Positions 20,220 through 30,929 of a stretch of 64,000 nucleotides of DNA are shown in pieces. How positions within the stretch are numbered: position 1 is the stretch's first letter; each line of letters begins with the position of its first letter. Origin of the DNA: Halobacteriovoraceae bacterium (GTDB taxonomy: Bacteria; Bdellovibrionota; Bacteriovoracia; Bacteriovoracales; Bacteriovoracaceae). Location of the stretch: positions 832,001 to 896,000 of the forward strand of contig CAVRCF010000005.1 of NCBI GenBank assembly GCA_963719505.1, read 5' to 3'. The position numbers were made by a program, and so were the translations under genes. The notes under the pieces are model-generated. The model was given only the letters and a program-made list of their open reading frames with translations, did no database searches and was not told the origin of the DNA.

Positions 20220-21092
20220 TTAGCTCTTTGAAACAACATCTTTGAGTGCTAGCTCAATAGTGGGATTCAAATAGTGAAATCGACTCTCTTTGAGCACTTT
20301 TGGTTCAACCTTAATACTATCCAGCATAAGAGTAGACATCTCACCGAATAAAAGTTTTAAAGCAAACTTAGGTACCGTCATAAAGGTAGGCTTCCTGAGA
20401 ACCTTCCCTAAAACTTCTGTAAATTCTTTATTTCTAATTGGGAAAGGAGTCACAGCATTTATAACTCCAAGAATGGAAGTATTTTCTAAACAAAATTCGT
20501 AAGCCTTAACAAGGTCATATCTGTGAATCCAAGTCATCCACTGCTCACCATCTCCGATCTTGCCACCAACTCCCATTTCAAAAGCTTTCAGCATTTTTTC
20601 GACGGCCCCACCTTTACCAATAACCATTCCGACTCTTAAAATAACAGAGCGTTCAATAATATCTTTGCCAAAATCAGTGACAGCATCTTCCCATGCTATA
20701 CATAATTTTTTTAGAAACCCGTCAGTGTAAATTCCCACAGCAGAAGTTGATATAAATGATTTAACAGTGCCTTGGGAAGTTTTTAAAGAACTTATAATAG
20801 TCTTTGTCGCATCAACCCTAGAATTAAAGAGAATCTTTTTTTGCTCGTTTGACCATTTCTTGTCGCCAATATTTTCACCAACGAGATTAAAGACGGCATC
20901 AATTTTTCCATAAGGAGAAAGATCGATCGACTGATAGACATCATCCCACTTTATAAAAGAGATATTAGCACCTAGAATTTTTTCAGCTTTAACAGGATCG
21001 CGGGTCAGAACAATGAGCTCATGCTTTTTTAAGAGCTCTTCAACTAACTTTCTCCCAACAAAACCGGTCCCACCGGATATTAGAATTTTCAT
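20220..21092 (-). CDS. TIGR01777 family oxidoreductase (YfcH-like epimerase)
   Basis: ILISGGTGFVG, NLVGENI, SRVDAT, GDGEQWMTWIH. Confidence 0.9.
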   Translation of the reverse strand: MKILISGGTGFVGRKLVEELLKKHELIVLTRDPVKAEKILGANISFIKWDDVYQSIDLSPYGKIDAVFNLVGENIGDKKWSNEQKKILFNSRVDATKTIISSLKTSQGTVKSFISTSAVGIYTDGFLKKLCIAWEDAVTDFGKDIIERSVILRVGMVIGKGGAVEKMLKAFEMGVGGKIGDGEQWMTWIHRYDLVKAYEFCLENTSILGVINAVTPFPIRNKEFTEVLGKVLRKPTFMTVPKFALKLLFGEMSTLMLDSIKVEPKVLKESRFHYLNPTIELALKDVVSKS

Positions 21093-21123
21093 AACCATAG
21101 TATAGAAAATTCTAATATGTTTA

Positions 21124-22383
21124 TCAACTCAAACGATTTCTTTTCGTAATCTTGACTCTTTTGGTTTTAACTTTTTTCTTTGTTGGTTTCGCCGTCGCCT
21201 TCTCTTTAGCTTTGATAATATCTTGAGAGATGAAATCCAGATCGAGGTTTGATTGCCCCTTGATCGCCTCATTTATAAAGCCGATCATCTTAGAATCAAA
21301 ATGCGTGACAAGGTTGTATACAAGTCCCTTCTTACCTGCTCTGGCAGTACGGCCAGAACGATGAAGATAAAACTCTGCCGATCGAGGAAGTGAGTAATTA
21401 AAAACCCACTTAAGATCTTTTATATCAATTCCTCTCGCTGCAACATCAGTCGCAATGAGGACTTGGGATTTCTTTTCAACAAAAGCTTTATGGGAAGCAA
21501 GTCTGTCTTTTTGAGTCATATCCCCATGAAGCATTCTAAATTTTAAGCTTGGCATCTCTTTTGTTAAGAAAGCGCTAATTTCTTCGGCGTGATTTTTTTG
21601 ATTCGCAAAAATAATCCCTCTTCCTTTGGCCGTTTTCTGAATAAAGGCCAAAACCATTCCAAGTTTTTCCTTAGGAGAGACATAGATATTAAAGGTCTCA
21701 ATTTTACCTTGAACCATATGACTTGATTTAAAGGTCACCTTTTCTAATTCTTTTTTCTTAAAGTGAGTTAAAAGAAAGGTTTCAACGGTTTCAGGTAGAG
21801 TTGCTGAAAACATATGGATCGCCGTATTATCATATTTTACGTTGTGAAGAAGTCCTTCTATGTCCTTTTTAAAACCCATATCAAAAAGAGTGTCTGCCTC
21901 ATCAAAAACGAGATATTTTAAATCAGTAAAATGAACTTCATTTGATTTAATTAACTTTAATAATTTATTGGGAGTCGCCACCAATATCTCATATGACTGC
22001 TCTTTGAGAGACTTAGTCATTTTATTTCTTTGCCCACCAACAAGTGATCTTGTTCGCAATTTTACGTGGTGAGAAAGATCCTTGAAGACCTGCTCTATTT
22101 GAACAACTAACTCTTTAGTCGGAGCAACAATAACAGCAAAAGGTTTGGATTTTTTTTGACTCAAGCCTTCTTCATCTTCAATTTGTTTGATCAACTCACT
22201 TATAGGAAGAGCATAAGAGAGGGTCTTTCCTGTACCGGTTTGGGCCACACAAAGAACAGATTTACCTTCCATAATTTTTGGTATGACTTTAGACTGAACC
22301 TCGTTGGGGGCTTTAATATCTGCTTCTTTGTAATACGGATTAAAATCCTCGTCTATTCCAAGTTTTTCAAATGGATGTGTCAT
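21124..22383 (-). CDS. DEAD-box RNA helicase
   Basis: AQTGTGKT, PTKEL, DEAD, SAT, ATDVAARGID, HRSGRTARAG. Confidence 0.93.
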   Translation of the reverse strand: MTHPFEKLGIDEDFNPYYKEADIKAPNEVQSKVIPKIMEGKSVLCVAQTGTGKTLSYALPISELIKQIEDEEGLSQKKSKPFAVIVAPTKELVVQIEQVFKDLSHHVKLRTRSLVGGQRNKMTKSLKEQSYEILVATPNKLLKLIKSNEVHFTDLKYLVFDEADTLFDMGFKKDIEGLLHNVKYDNTAIHMFSATLPETVETFLLTHFKKKELEKVTFKSSHMVQGKIETFNIYVSPKEKLGMVLAFIQKTAKGRGIIFANQKNHAEEISAFLTKEMPSLKFRMLHGDMTQKDRLASHKAFVEKKSQVLIATDVAARGIDIKDLKWVFNYSLPRSAEFYLHRSGRTARAGKKGLVYNLVTHFDSKMIGFINEAIKGQSNLDLDFISQDIIKAKEKATAKPTKKKVKTKRVKITKRNRLS

Positions 22384-22573
22384 ACTTTACTTCCTTAAAT
22401 GATTGATGCGCCACTATATAGCAAAATCCCCTAAACTCAAGCACTTAATGTAAAAAAGAATCGCTTGGTTAAGCCCTCTTCAGGCAATCTTTGGCGTGTT
22501 GATTAACTTTCAAAAACCCTTAAAATTGTAAGGGTAAATAAATCGTTCATTCTAAATACAAAAGGAAAATGAA

Positions 22574-23608
22574 ATGAAAAAATTATTAGTGGGCTTAGTG
22601 CTCTCACTCCCAATGGTAGCTCATGCAATTGATATTACTGTTACGAATGTATCATGTGGAAGTCTCAATGCTACTCAATGTACAGATCTTGATAACAAGA
22701 TTAGAACAGAAGTTAATAAGGACGTCCCAGAAGTTTCGATCGATAAGTATGCTGACGGTATTAGTGACTCGACGGCTTTTGCAATGAAGGGACAAGGATC
22801 TGATTACGCAGACAATTTTGATATATTTACTATTAAAGGAAGTCTTGGAGCTGCGTTAAAGGGTGACATGGACGAGCCTGAACAAGCGGAAGGGATCGGT
22901 CTTGGAGCTGCAATCACTGTTGGTGTAAATCTTGATCTACTTCCTGTTGATAAGATTGGTGGAGTTGAATTAAAAGACTTTGACCTTTTCTTCTCAGCGA
23001 TGAGCTACAATACTGACCAGGATATGGATGACTTAACACTCGAGGGCGATATAAACTCCTTGGCCATGCATGTCCGTTGGAGATTTATTGATGGAGTCGA
23101 TATCTTTCCAGGAAATATGCTCAGATGGGGTGGAGTTCAAATTCACACAGGGTACCAGAGAAGTTCAATGAAGATTGATATGGTTCAAAGTTTAAAAGAT
23201 GAAACAGTGGAAACTGGTAGTGGCCCAACAGCAACATTTGGTGATGCTTCTGTAAACTTTAATATTGATTCTCAAACTAGCTCAATACCTTTTGAAATAT
23301 CAACAAGCATAAGAGCCCTCTATGTCTTTACCCTTTATACAGGTATGGGTTTTGATTACAATGTTTCAGGATCAACTGACATTGATTTAGATGCATCTGG
23401 AACTGTAACTGGGGATGCATCAACTGGTGGATATCAAGCAAGTATCAATGCGAATGAATCCGGTGATGGAACTATCTCTTCCACAAGCTTAAGAGCTTTC
23501 CTGGGGCTACAGTTTAACGTGCCAGTTGTAAGAATCTACGTTCACGCAAACAAGGGACTTGGAAACGATCAACTTGGTGTTAACGGTGGTTTAAAAATAG
23601 CTTGGTAA
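22574..23608 (+). CDS. Secreted or outer-membrane beta-rich protein (resembles the Lsa36-like surface protein family)
   Basis: Signal peptide, alternating beta strands, C-terminal aromatic residue (GLKIAW). Family recalled from memory, not searched. Confidence 0.65.
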   Translation: MKKLLVGLVLSLPMVAHAIDITVTNVSCGSLNATQCTDLDNKIRTEVNKDVPEVSIDKYADGISDSTAFAMKGQGSDYADNFDIFTIKGSLGAALKGDMDEPEQAEGIGLGAAITVGVNLDLLPVDKIGGVELKDFDLFFSAMSYNTDQDMDDLTLEGDINSLAMHVRWRFIDGVDIFPGNMLRWGGVQIHTGYQRSSMKIDMVQSLKDETVETGSGPTATFGDASVNFNIDSQTSSIPFEISTSIRALYVFTLYTGMGFDYNVSGSTDIDLDASGTVTGDASTGGYQASINANESGDGTISSTSLRAFLGLQFNVPVVRIYVHANKGLGNDQLGVNGGLKIAW

Positions 23609-23616
23609 TACTTTCA

Positions 23617-23640
23617 AGCAGCTAGTGAAAGCTAGCTGCT
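23617..23640 (+). terminator. Hairpin after 22574..23608
   Basis: AGCAGCTAG-TGAAAG-CTAGCTGCT perfect stem; weak U-tract. Confidence 0.6.
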
Positions 23641-23736
23641 CATATTTTCAATAACTTACCCACTCCAATTTTTGTAAATTTTACCTTCTAACTCCTCAAT
23701 TTCACAATAAATTCCTCTGAATGCTACACTGCAGCA

Positions 23737-26700
23737 ATGAAATTATCGTTATTCCTCTTATTTGCTTTTGCTTTTAGCTCCGCTGCAGTTGCTTCGAAGC
23801 TGACTATTAAGTTGGATGAAAACGATTTAACACAGATGCCTGCAAGTGATCTGGTCTATCGTGGAAGCCAGATCGATGAACTTGAAGCTTTTGAATTGAA
23901 AAAAACGGGATTCGACCTCTCCCTCCTAGACCCAACCGAGTCGACACTGTTCCAAAGTGAAAAGCTTCCCGTTTCAAATGAATATTTTTTAGGCTATCCC
24001 CACGCAGTTAAAGTAAAGTTTAAGAGTTTTAAAACCTCCCCTCGAGAAATATTTAGAGCACAAGTTATTGATCCAAAATCTGAAAAGCAATTTGTCATCA
24101 CAGCAAGTCTTGATAATCACACTAACCTTTTAAGGTCAGGACTTCTTAGACTTTTAGGTTTTGATATCGACTCTCCTCGTTTTTACAAAGAGATGGAAGT
24201 TGAGTTTGATTCTGAAAAAGAGAAGGAAAAGTTTATTGAACTCGTTGGAGAAGAAACCTTAACGAAAAGAGATAAGTGGTTTACTAAAAACAATTCTAAA
24301 ACAAATTTAACCCTCAAAGGCTTCACTCTTGAGCCAGCTGAACTTAGAAATGTAAACATTCACCTTCCTGTTATGGCCCGCTCAAGACAGGTTGATAGGC
24401 GATCATTTAGAAGTTTAATTGCTCTCTACGCCCTTACCGATTTTACTCAAAAGATTAACGATATACCTTGGAAGATTGGACGCTCATTTAATAACTCCCT
24501 TATTCTGAATCACCCTTATGCGGCTGAATTTAAAAATACAACCTACGATGATATGAAATGGATTCTAAGAAAGATAAACGGGCTCTCTAAGTCAGAATTA
24601 AACGAAGCTCTCAGCCTTTCACAGTACCCAGAAGACATTCACGCTGTTCTTCTAGAGAAGCTCTCTTCGCGGATAAAATACTTAGTTTCATACTTCAACC
24701 TTGAGTCCCCTTTAGAAATTGATACTGAAGTCACTCTTGATAATGTTTTGGGCGGAAGGTTGATGCGCGGAGACTATAGTGACTACGTTGTAGAATTCCA
24801 TGAAAGCGATCCCGAAAATCCTTATCGTTTTTCCGAAATTTTTAGGCTCTTTAAAACTCAGATTCTCTACTCTTCTTTAAGTGGAATTCTCGATACGGCG
24901 ATTCAAAGATTTGTCCCTGGGGTTTACACGACTGATGCCGCTGCAAACGTCCAAGAGCAGATAACACAATATAGACAAGATAACCCTGGTAATGGAGGTG
25001 TTCTCCCCCTAAGCGCTTTCTCATCTCCACTGGCTTCCGGTAGAGTTTATGCCAATCGAAATATCGTTTTTGGACAATACTTAGGTAACACCGCTCCTAT
25101 CCAACTGGTTGACTCGGTTGGAGCAGAAGCAAGTCTTGGTATTTTTACCAGCATTACCGGAGTATCAGAAAATATAATGCCTGGACTTACGGCCAACGTC
25201 AGTTACGGAAGAAGCTACGTCCATGTACGAGCAATGCCAGATCTCCAAACAGCTTCCAGACAACATATTAAAAAACTTTTTGTTCCAGGTTTAATGAAGA
25301 AGCTTGGACGAGTCATTAAAGATGAATTTGAATGCTCAGTTCCAAATGAGGCCTATGTTGAAAAGTCTGAACTAAACGGTGAAACTCTCTACTACATCAA
25401 ATATGATAAAAATCTAACTGATGGAAGAGAACAAGCTCTCAAACTTAGAGAAGAGCTTATCGACTCTGGAGTCTCTCCTGGGATTATCCTCATCCTTCTC
25501 GTTGATAGAGCACAGCTTTGTACAACTGAAATTGCCACAACTCGAAGTGAGTCGTTAAAAAAATTCTTAAAGGAATTCGCTCAAAATGAAACCTTTATTA
25601 TCAATGATTCCCTACGCCTAACAGGGAGTTTAAATGCTCCCATCCCTATCGCTCCAGTTCCAGGCATGTCAGTAAGCATAGGAACGGATCATAGTGCGAC
25701 GAAACTAAAGTCCGTCATGTTAAAAAGGACTGCTTACGGAATGGAGATCACAATAGCGAGGCAAAAAGATCGACGCCATGGGCACAGAGAAGGACTTAAC
25801 TACTTCATTGAGATTTTAAGCCATGCCAATACATTTACCAGAGGTAATCTCATTTCAAATGTTTATAAAATAAACTTAGATGATATTACAACTGAAGAAG
25901 AAGAGACGGCTCTCAAAGCTCTAAGGGAATTTCTTGTGAGTAATGATCACGAAACATTAAAAGAAAACTACAAACCAACACAGTTGGATCATGATATTTG
26001 GGCGAGACTAAGAACCTGGAAGCTTCTGTGGTTTAAAGCTGAAAAGATGAAAATGGATCACACTGTTGACATCATTATTCCAAATAAAGAAGGACAAGAG
26101 TTCTCCATGAAAGAGAGAACCAGAAGCCTCTTCTCGACTTTTGAGATAAAAAGAAGTGGATCCGATTTCCAAACCTTTATTGATAGAACGATCCAGTCAT
26201 TTTGGAGTTTTATTAGCATCGGTTCCAGTAACGGTGACCCTGGACAAACATTTATGGGTAATGGCAAAAAAGTCTCGGTTATAACGGAGAGCGAATTAAC
26301 TGAGGGCTATCCCCTAAGTCCCATATCAAGAATTGAATATGTTTGGACAGGCTGGAAAAAGAAAACGAAAAAGCTTGAGAAGTATTTTTCAAAAATTGAA
26401 GATATCTACAGACCTTTTACATCTGGAGATCTGATTGATAGAACCCTTTTCAACGGTTCAAAGAAACTTCTCTCTTATGATATTAAAAATACTCTTATCA
26501 TCTACCCTAGTGCATTTTCAAAAATAGAAACGCTTCTTTTAAAGTCTTCTGAAACGACTGCTATTAATGCCCTCTACCATATGTATGGTGCGAAAAGGTG
26601 GAAGAGCTTCTGTGAAAGAGCAACTGAGTTTTTTGGAGAAAATGGTCCTCAGACATACTCAGCAGAGAGATTCTATCCATGCGTTCCGGTATCGGTAAAA

Positions 26701-27018
26701 GATATCTTAAGACTTAGAGAGGAATTCCCAACAGATAGAATAGAGAAAACAAAAGCAATTAATAAGCTGTACGTAAATCTTTTTAATAACTTTGAGCCTT
26801 CATCAATTTTACTATGGCTAGGGACAAAGAATTTTTTCTCCTCTTCTAGAGTTACTGGATTTAGAACAAACAACAGTAAAGGATTTATCGAGTATATATC
26901 CGATACAGTCGGAGAATATAACACTGAGGAAGGAACAGGTATCTTTGATAAGATAGGAGCTCATTTGGGCATCTCTCCTTTTGAACTTCGAGCTATGAGC
27001 TATACACCGGGACTATGA
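23737..27018 (+). CDS. Large secreted hypothetical protein (1093 aa), paralog of 33..3818
   Basis: Signal peptide; colinear motifs with 33..3818; its stop overlaps the start of the S8 peptidase. Confidence 0.85.
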   Translation: MKLSLFLLFAFAFSSAAVASKLTIKLDENDLTQMPASDLVYRGSQIDELEAFELKKTGFDLSLLDPTESTLFQSEKLPVSNEYFLGYPHAVKVKFKSFKTSPREIFRAQVIDPKSEKQFVITASLDNHTNLLRSGLLRLLGFDIDSPRFYKEMEVEFDSEKEKEKFIELVGEETLTKRDKWFTKNNSKTNLTLKGFTLEPAELRNVNIHLPVMARSRQVDRRSFRSLIALYALTDFTQKINDIPWKIGRSFNNSLILNHPYAAEFKNTTYDDMKWILRKINGLSKSELNEALSLSQYPEDIHAVLLEKLSSRIKYLVSYFNLESPLEIDTEVTLDNVLGGRLMRGDYSDYVVEFHESDPENPYRFSEIFRLFKTQILYSSLSGILDTAIQRFVPGVYTTDAAANVQEQITQYRQDNPGNGGVLPLSAFSSPLASGRVYANRNIVFGQYLGNTAPIQLVDSVGAEASLGIFTSITGVSENIMPGLTANVSYGRSYVHVRAMPDLQTASRQHIKKLFVPGLMKKLGRVIKDEFECSVPNEAYVEKSELNGETLYYIKYDKNLTDGREQALKLREELIDSGVSPGIILILLVDRAQLCTTEIATTRSESLKKFLKEFAQNETFIINDSLRLTGSLNAPIPIAPVPGMSVSIGTDHSATKLKSVMLKRTAYGMEITIARQKDRRHGHREGLNYFIEILSHANTFTRGNLISNVYKINLDDITTEEEETALKALREFLVSNDHETLKENYKPTQLDHDIWARLRTWKLLWFKAEKMKMDHTVDIIIPNKEGQEFSMKERTRSLFSTFEIKRSGSDFQTFIDRTIQSFWSFISIGSSNGDPGQTFMGNGKKVSVITESELTEGYPLSPISRIEYVWTGWKKKTKKLEKYFSKIEDIYRPFTSGDLIDRTLFNGSKKLLSYDIKNTLIIYPSAFSKIETLLLKSSETTAINALYHMYGAKRWKSFCERATEFFGENGPQTYSAERFYPCVPVSVKDILRLREEFPTDRIEKTKAINKLYVNLFNNFEPSSILLWLGTKNFFSSSRVTGFRTNNSKGFIEYISDTVGEYNTEEGTGIFDKIGAHLGISPFELRAMSYTPGL

Positions 27019-29969
27019 TGAAATATTTGTTTTTTGTTTTATTCATTTCCACTCACCTGCTCGCTTCAGAGTTTCTGATCTATAATCTTCCAAGTGATAG
27101 CGCTTTAAAAGTGAAACCTGTTTTCACTCCAAAAGAAATGGCCATGATCCAAAAGCTTGGACTCAATATAAATGTATCAAAAATAGATTATAAAAGTGAA
27201 AAGGAACTCAGACAATTACTTAAGGTCCAATGTCCAAAATGTCTTATTGAATCAAACGACAAAGGGTCTTTGAAGACAGAGCCCTATCAAAGTTATCAAT
27301 GGGCTTTAAAAAATAGCGGTCAAGCTTTTGAAAGATGGACAAGTGATATCGATAGCTACTTTGTTCAAGGAAAGCTTGGCGAAGATATAAATATTAATCA
27401 GCAAGAGACTAGTAAGACCATAAAAGTCGGTATCATAGACTCAGGCCTCGATATAAACCACCCAGATCTTAAAGATCAGATTTACACGGATGATAAAGAA
27501 TGCTCGGCACTTGCCGACTATAACCTCTGTCTCAAGACTGAAACTGATAAAAATATTTGTTATGAAAAATATAAAGACTTCGATGCTAACGGTAATGGCT
27601 ATGCCCTTGACTGTCATGGCTGGAGTATTACAGATAAATCAAACCCTCTTAATGATATCGAAGGAAATGGAAATATAAATGATCTCGATGGACATGGAAC
27701 TCATATCGCTGGAATTATTGGAGCGAAGAAAAACAATCTTGGAGTTCAAGGTGTTATTCAAAATGTTACCCTCGTCCCAATTCAAGTATCAGTGGCAAGC
27801 CAAAATGATTCAAGCGAAGTCGCAACTGACAAGTTTGCAAAAGCTCTTCTTTATGCCATTCAATCCAAAGTAGATATTGTTAATATGTCTCTTGGATGGA
27901 GGTTTGAGCAAGACTCCCTTCTCATGAGAGAGATGATTAAACTGGCGTTTGAACAAAATATCCTAATTGTTGCTGCCGCCGGAAATGACTCACATTCTGC
28001 CGCGACTTATCCTTGTTCATATGAAGAAGTGATTTGTGTTGGCTCCCACGATGTCGATGGTAAAATTAGCTCTTTTTCTAATTTTGGCCCACATATTGAT
28101 CTTCTGGCCCCGGGTTCAAATATTCTTAGTACCTGGCCCACCAACAAAAGGTCGAGATCTTTTACTGTAGACTCAAATTATGAATATTTAAGTGGCACTA
28201 GCCAAGCGACACCTTTTGTTACAGGTGTCTTAGCAAGACTCCTCAATCAAGGTGCAACTTCTAGAGAAGCTAAAATTAAGCTTTTAAAAGGTACACGATC
28301 TAAAACTCATTCGTTAAAGAATCAAATTCGTTTTGGAAATCTCGATTATCAAAAAGCGATGAGTTTAACATCTTTAGATTTTGTCTATCCTTTAAATAAA
28401 TCTGCAGCTTTAATCAACTGGGATAAGAGCGTTAAGTCTTTTACCTTAAAGCTAAAAAACTACTCTGCTAAGACTGAGCAAAAAGAGCTTACAATTGAGC
28501 CTATTTTATCGTCTACTCAAAAAAGCTTTAAATTAGTATCAGCAAAAAAACAAAATATTGCGATTGGACCTGATCAAGTCAAAGACTTTAAAATAAGTTT
28601 TACCAGTGATAATGATGTTGAAGGCAGCTTCATATTTAGAGTTTCCATTGGTCAAACGAAGTTCTTTTTCCAGGCCAAAGCCCTATCTCTTATCAGTCCT
28701 GAAAACGAAAGAGAAGATTTAAATATCTTTGATCTCATTGACGAGGATAACTTCTCAAAGAATGCACTTATTAGAGAGTTTTCAAACTTCTCAAGCGATT
28801 CTTCAAAAGATTTTCTTGCCATGAAAGTTCTCGATGGAAAGACCCACATCGCTAGACTCAGCCAAAATGGATCGCCCTTTAATCTTTCCAAAAGCTTCCC
28901 TCTTCCTTTTAAGGACTCCGTCATAATAAATCTATCAAAAGTAGATATTGAACAAGACGGACTGGTCGACTATGTCATTACTCTTGTGAATCTTGACGAT
29001 CCCCAAAATAGAATGACAAAGTTTTTAGCTTTAGATCATGACTTTAAACCTAAAAGAATTAGCATATCTCCAGAAAATTCTTTTGATAATTCAGTGACAG
29101 TCCTACCAGGAAGCTTTATTTGGCTAAAGTATAAAGGTAAGATGGTTCCTTCTTGGATAACATTAGGAGAAAGACCCGAAAACGAAAGACCTCCACTGAC
29201 ACCTTGGGCTGACAGACCTGTAGAGATGAAACTAAATAGACTTTATCTCCAACTAGAGGGGGGATTAAAAACTATTCAGTTTGGTGAGGATGAATTTCCA
29301 ATACACTTCCTCTACCAAGGCAAAGATCGCTCAAAAGGTGAGGCCCATCTCATCGTGGCCAAAGGTTATGGTTTTGATAAATCATATGGCCTTTACTCAT
29401 TTGCTGAGAGCCTAAAGTTTGAAACTGATATAAAGTTGGATTACCAATTTGACTTGGCCAGTAGTAGACCGCTTCCTTTAGTTAATCCTGCAGGAGACCA
29501 TGCATTTTTTAATAGTCCAAGTATCAACGGCGCGCAAAATATTATTAGCTTTGACTTTGCAAATGGTTTTCTCAGTATAAACCAGTTTAAAGTCCATGCA
29601 ACGAAGCTCAGTCCTATAAAGTTTGTTCTTTCAGTCGAAGGAGAGACCGCTCTATCACAAACGGCAAGTCAAATTCTCTATGAGGGTTTAGATACTGGAA
29701 ACACAGAATCAAAAACTGATGCAAGACGTATTAAACATACTCTCTTACGCTCTAAACAAGCTCTTTTTCTCTCTTCAGCTTTAACTCCAGGTATTGGCTC
29801 TGAGGTTATTCAATCTACCACAGACAAGCGAGGACTTTACCGTCCTGCCCATTTTCAAATGTTAGGAACAAATGGTTGTTCTGAAGTTGGATTTATTTTT
29901 GAAGACTCACAGGATAAAATAATTTTCACTTGTCCTGAGCTTGGAAAAATAATTAAGATTTCCCTATAG
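27015..29969 (+). CDS. Secreted S8 (subtilisin) serine peptidase with long C-terminal extension
   Basis: Catalytic triad VGIIDSG, HGTHIAG, SGTSQATP; oxyanion AAAGND. Confidence 0.92.
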   Translation: MMKYLFFVLFISTHLLASEFLIYNLPSDSALKVKPVFTPKEMAMIQKLGLNINVSKIDYKSEKELRQLLKVQCPKCLIESNDKGSLKTEPYQSYQWALKNSGQAFERWTSDIDSYFVQGKLGEDININQQETSKTIKVGIIDSGLDINHPDLKDQIYTDDKECSALADYNLCLKTETDKNICYEKYKDFDANGNGYALDCHGWSITDKSNPLNDIEGNGNINDLDGHGTHIAGIIGAKKNNLGVQGVIQNVTLVPIQVSVASQNDSSEVATDKFAKALLYAIQSKVDIVNMSLGWRFEQDSLLMREMIKLAFEQNILIVAAAGNDSHSAATYPCSYEEVICVGSHDVDGKISSFSNFGPHIDLLAPGSNILSTWPTNKRSRSFTVDSNYEYLSGTSQATPFVTGVLARLLNQGATSREAKIKLLKGTRSKTHSLKNQIRFGNLDYQKAMSLTSLDFVYPLNKSAALINWDKSVKSFTLKLKNYSAKTEQKELTIEPILSSTQKSFKLVSAKKQNIAIGPDQVKDFKISFTSDNDVEGSFIFRVSIGQTKFFFQAKALSLISPENEREDLNIFDLIDEDNFSKNALIREFSNFSSDSSKDFLAMKVLDGKTHIARLSQNGSPFNLSKSFPLPFKDSVIINLSKVDIEQDGLVDYVITLVNLDDPQNRMTKFLALDHDFKPKRISISPENSFDNSVTVLPGSFIWLKYKGKMVPSWITLGERPENERPPLTPWADRPVEMKLNRLYLQLEGGLKTIQFGEDEFPIHFLYQGKDRSKGEAHLIVAKGYGFDKSYGLYSFAESLKFETDIKLDYQFDLASSRPLPLVNPAGDHAFFNSPSINGAQNIISFDFANGFLSINQFKVHATKLSPIKFVLSVEGETALSQTASQILYEGLDTGNTESKTDARRIKHTLLRSKQALFLSSALTPGIGSEVIQSTTDKRGLYRPAHFQMLGTNGCSEVGFIFEDSQDKIIFTCPELGKIIKISL

Positions 29970-30050
29970 ATTTTTTACACTCTACCTTGCCATCATCCTT
30001 TGTACAAAGTACTTAAAGCTAACAAAAACGTACAACAAAGGAAAAAGAAA

Positions 30051-30617
30051 ATGAAAAAAGCTCTTTTAAATTTAATGGTTCTTTTAGGACTTTTAGGTGG
30101 TCTCGCATCTTGTAACACAGTAGTAACATCTGGTGGTTACTACACTCCACAATGGTATTACAACTGTTACCCTGTTTATGATTACTGGGGTTACTATATG
30201 TACGACGACTGTTACTGGGAATACTACAACACAGACGGAACTCTACTTGAAAAAGATTTAGTTGCAAATGTTGCTGATCAAGAAGCTGTTCTTTTAGAAA
30301 AACTGACAAATGTTTATGCTGAGAAGTTTGCATTATCAACTGAAGCTGCTTCTAAAGTTGCTAAAAACGTTGCTGATTTTTCTGCTCTAACAGACAGAAG
30401 TGACGCTGACGTTGCTGACTTTGCTCAGAAACTTTATGGAGTTAATCCAAGCGAAATCGTAAGTGCTGTAAGCTCTGCTCAAATTGGTAACAATTCTGAA
30501 TTAGACCTTGTCATCGATAAAGCATCAGTTAGTCTTGGAACAAACTCAGACAACATGAAAGCAATCGTAAAAGAACTTCACGGTAAAGCACTAGAAGCTT
30601 CTGGAATTGAATTATAA
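30051..30617 (+). CDS. Tyr/Trp-rich lipoprotein, tandem paralog A
   Basis: Start MKKALL after AAGGA; LASC lipobox. Confidence 0.85.
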   Translation: MKKALLNLMVLLGLLGGLASCNTVVTSGGYYTPQWYYNCYPVYDYWGYYMYDDCYWEYYNTDGTLLEKDLVANVADQEAVLLEKLTNVYAEKFALSTEAASKVAKNVADFSALTDRSDADVADFAQKLYGVNPSEIVSAVSSAQIGNNSELDLVIDKASVSLGTNSDNMKAIVKELHGKALEASGIEL

Positions 30618-30640
30618 TTTATTAAATTAAGTTCATAGTG

Positions 30641-30668
30641 AAGGGGCCGGCAATTGTCGGCCCTTTTT
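30641..30668 (+). terminator. Rho-independent terminator
   Basis: AAGGGGCCGGC-AATT-GTCGGCCCTTTTT. Confidence 0.85.
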
Positions 30669-30929
30669 ATTTCTCTGGTGACAAAATGTCCCTAGCCTCC
30701 TTGCAAACTCCTCTTCTAGACTTAAATAAAATTAAAAATCCTTATAAAAGTGTCAACTCGATACCACTTGTGAAGGTATTTACACATTTCTTGACCAATC
30801 TTAGTAAGTATTTGTAAACCTATTTTAGCAGCCAAATTCACTCAGATTTTATAAAAATAAGGATACGTAAAAAGGACATTATGTTCATCGAGACGATATA
30901 AACACTTTAGAAACATTTAGGAGATTTCT

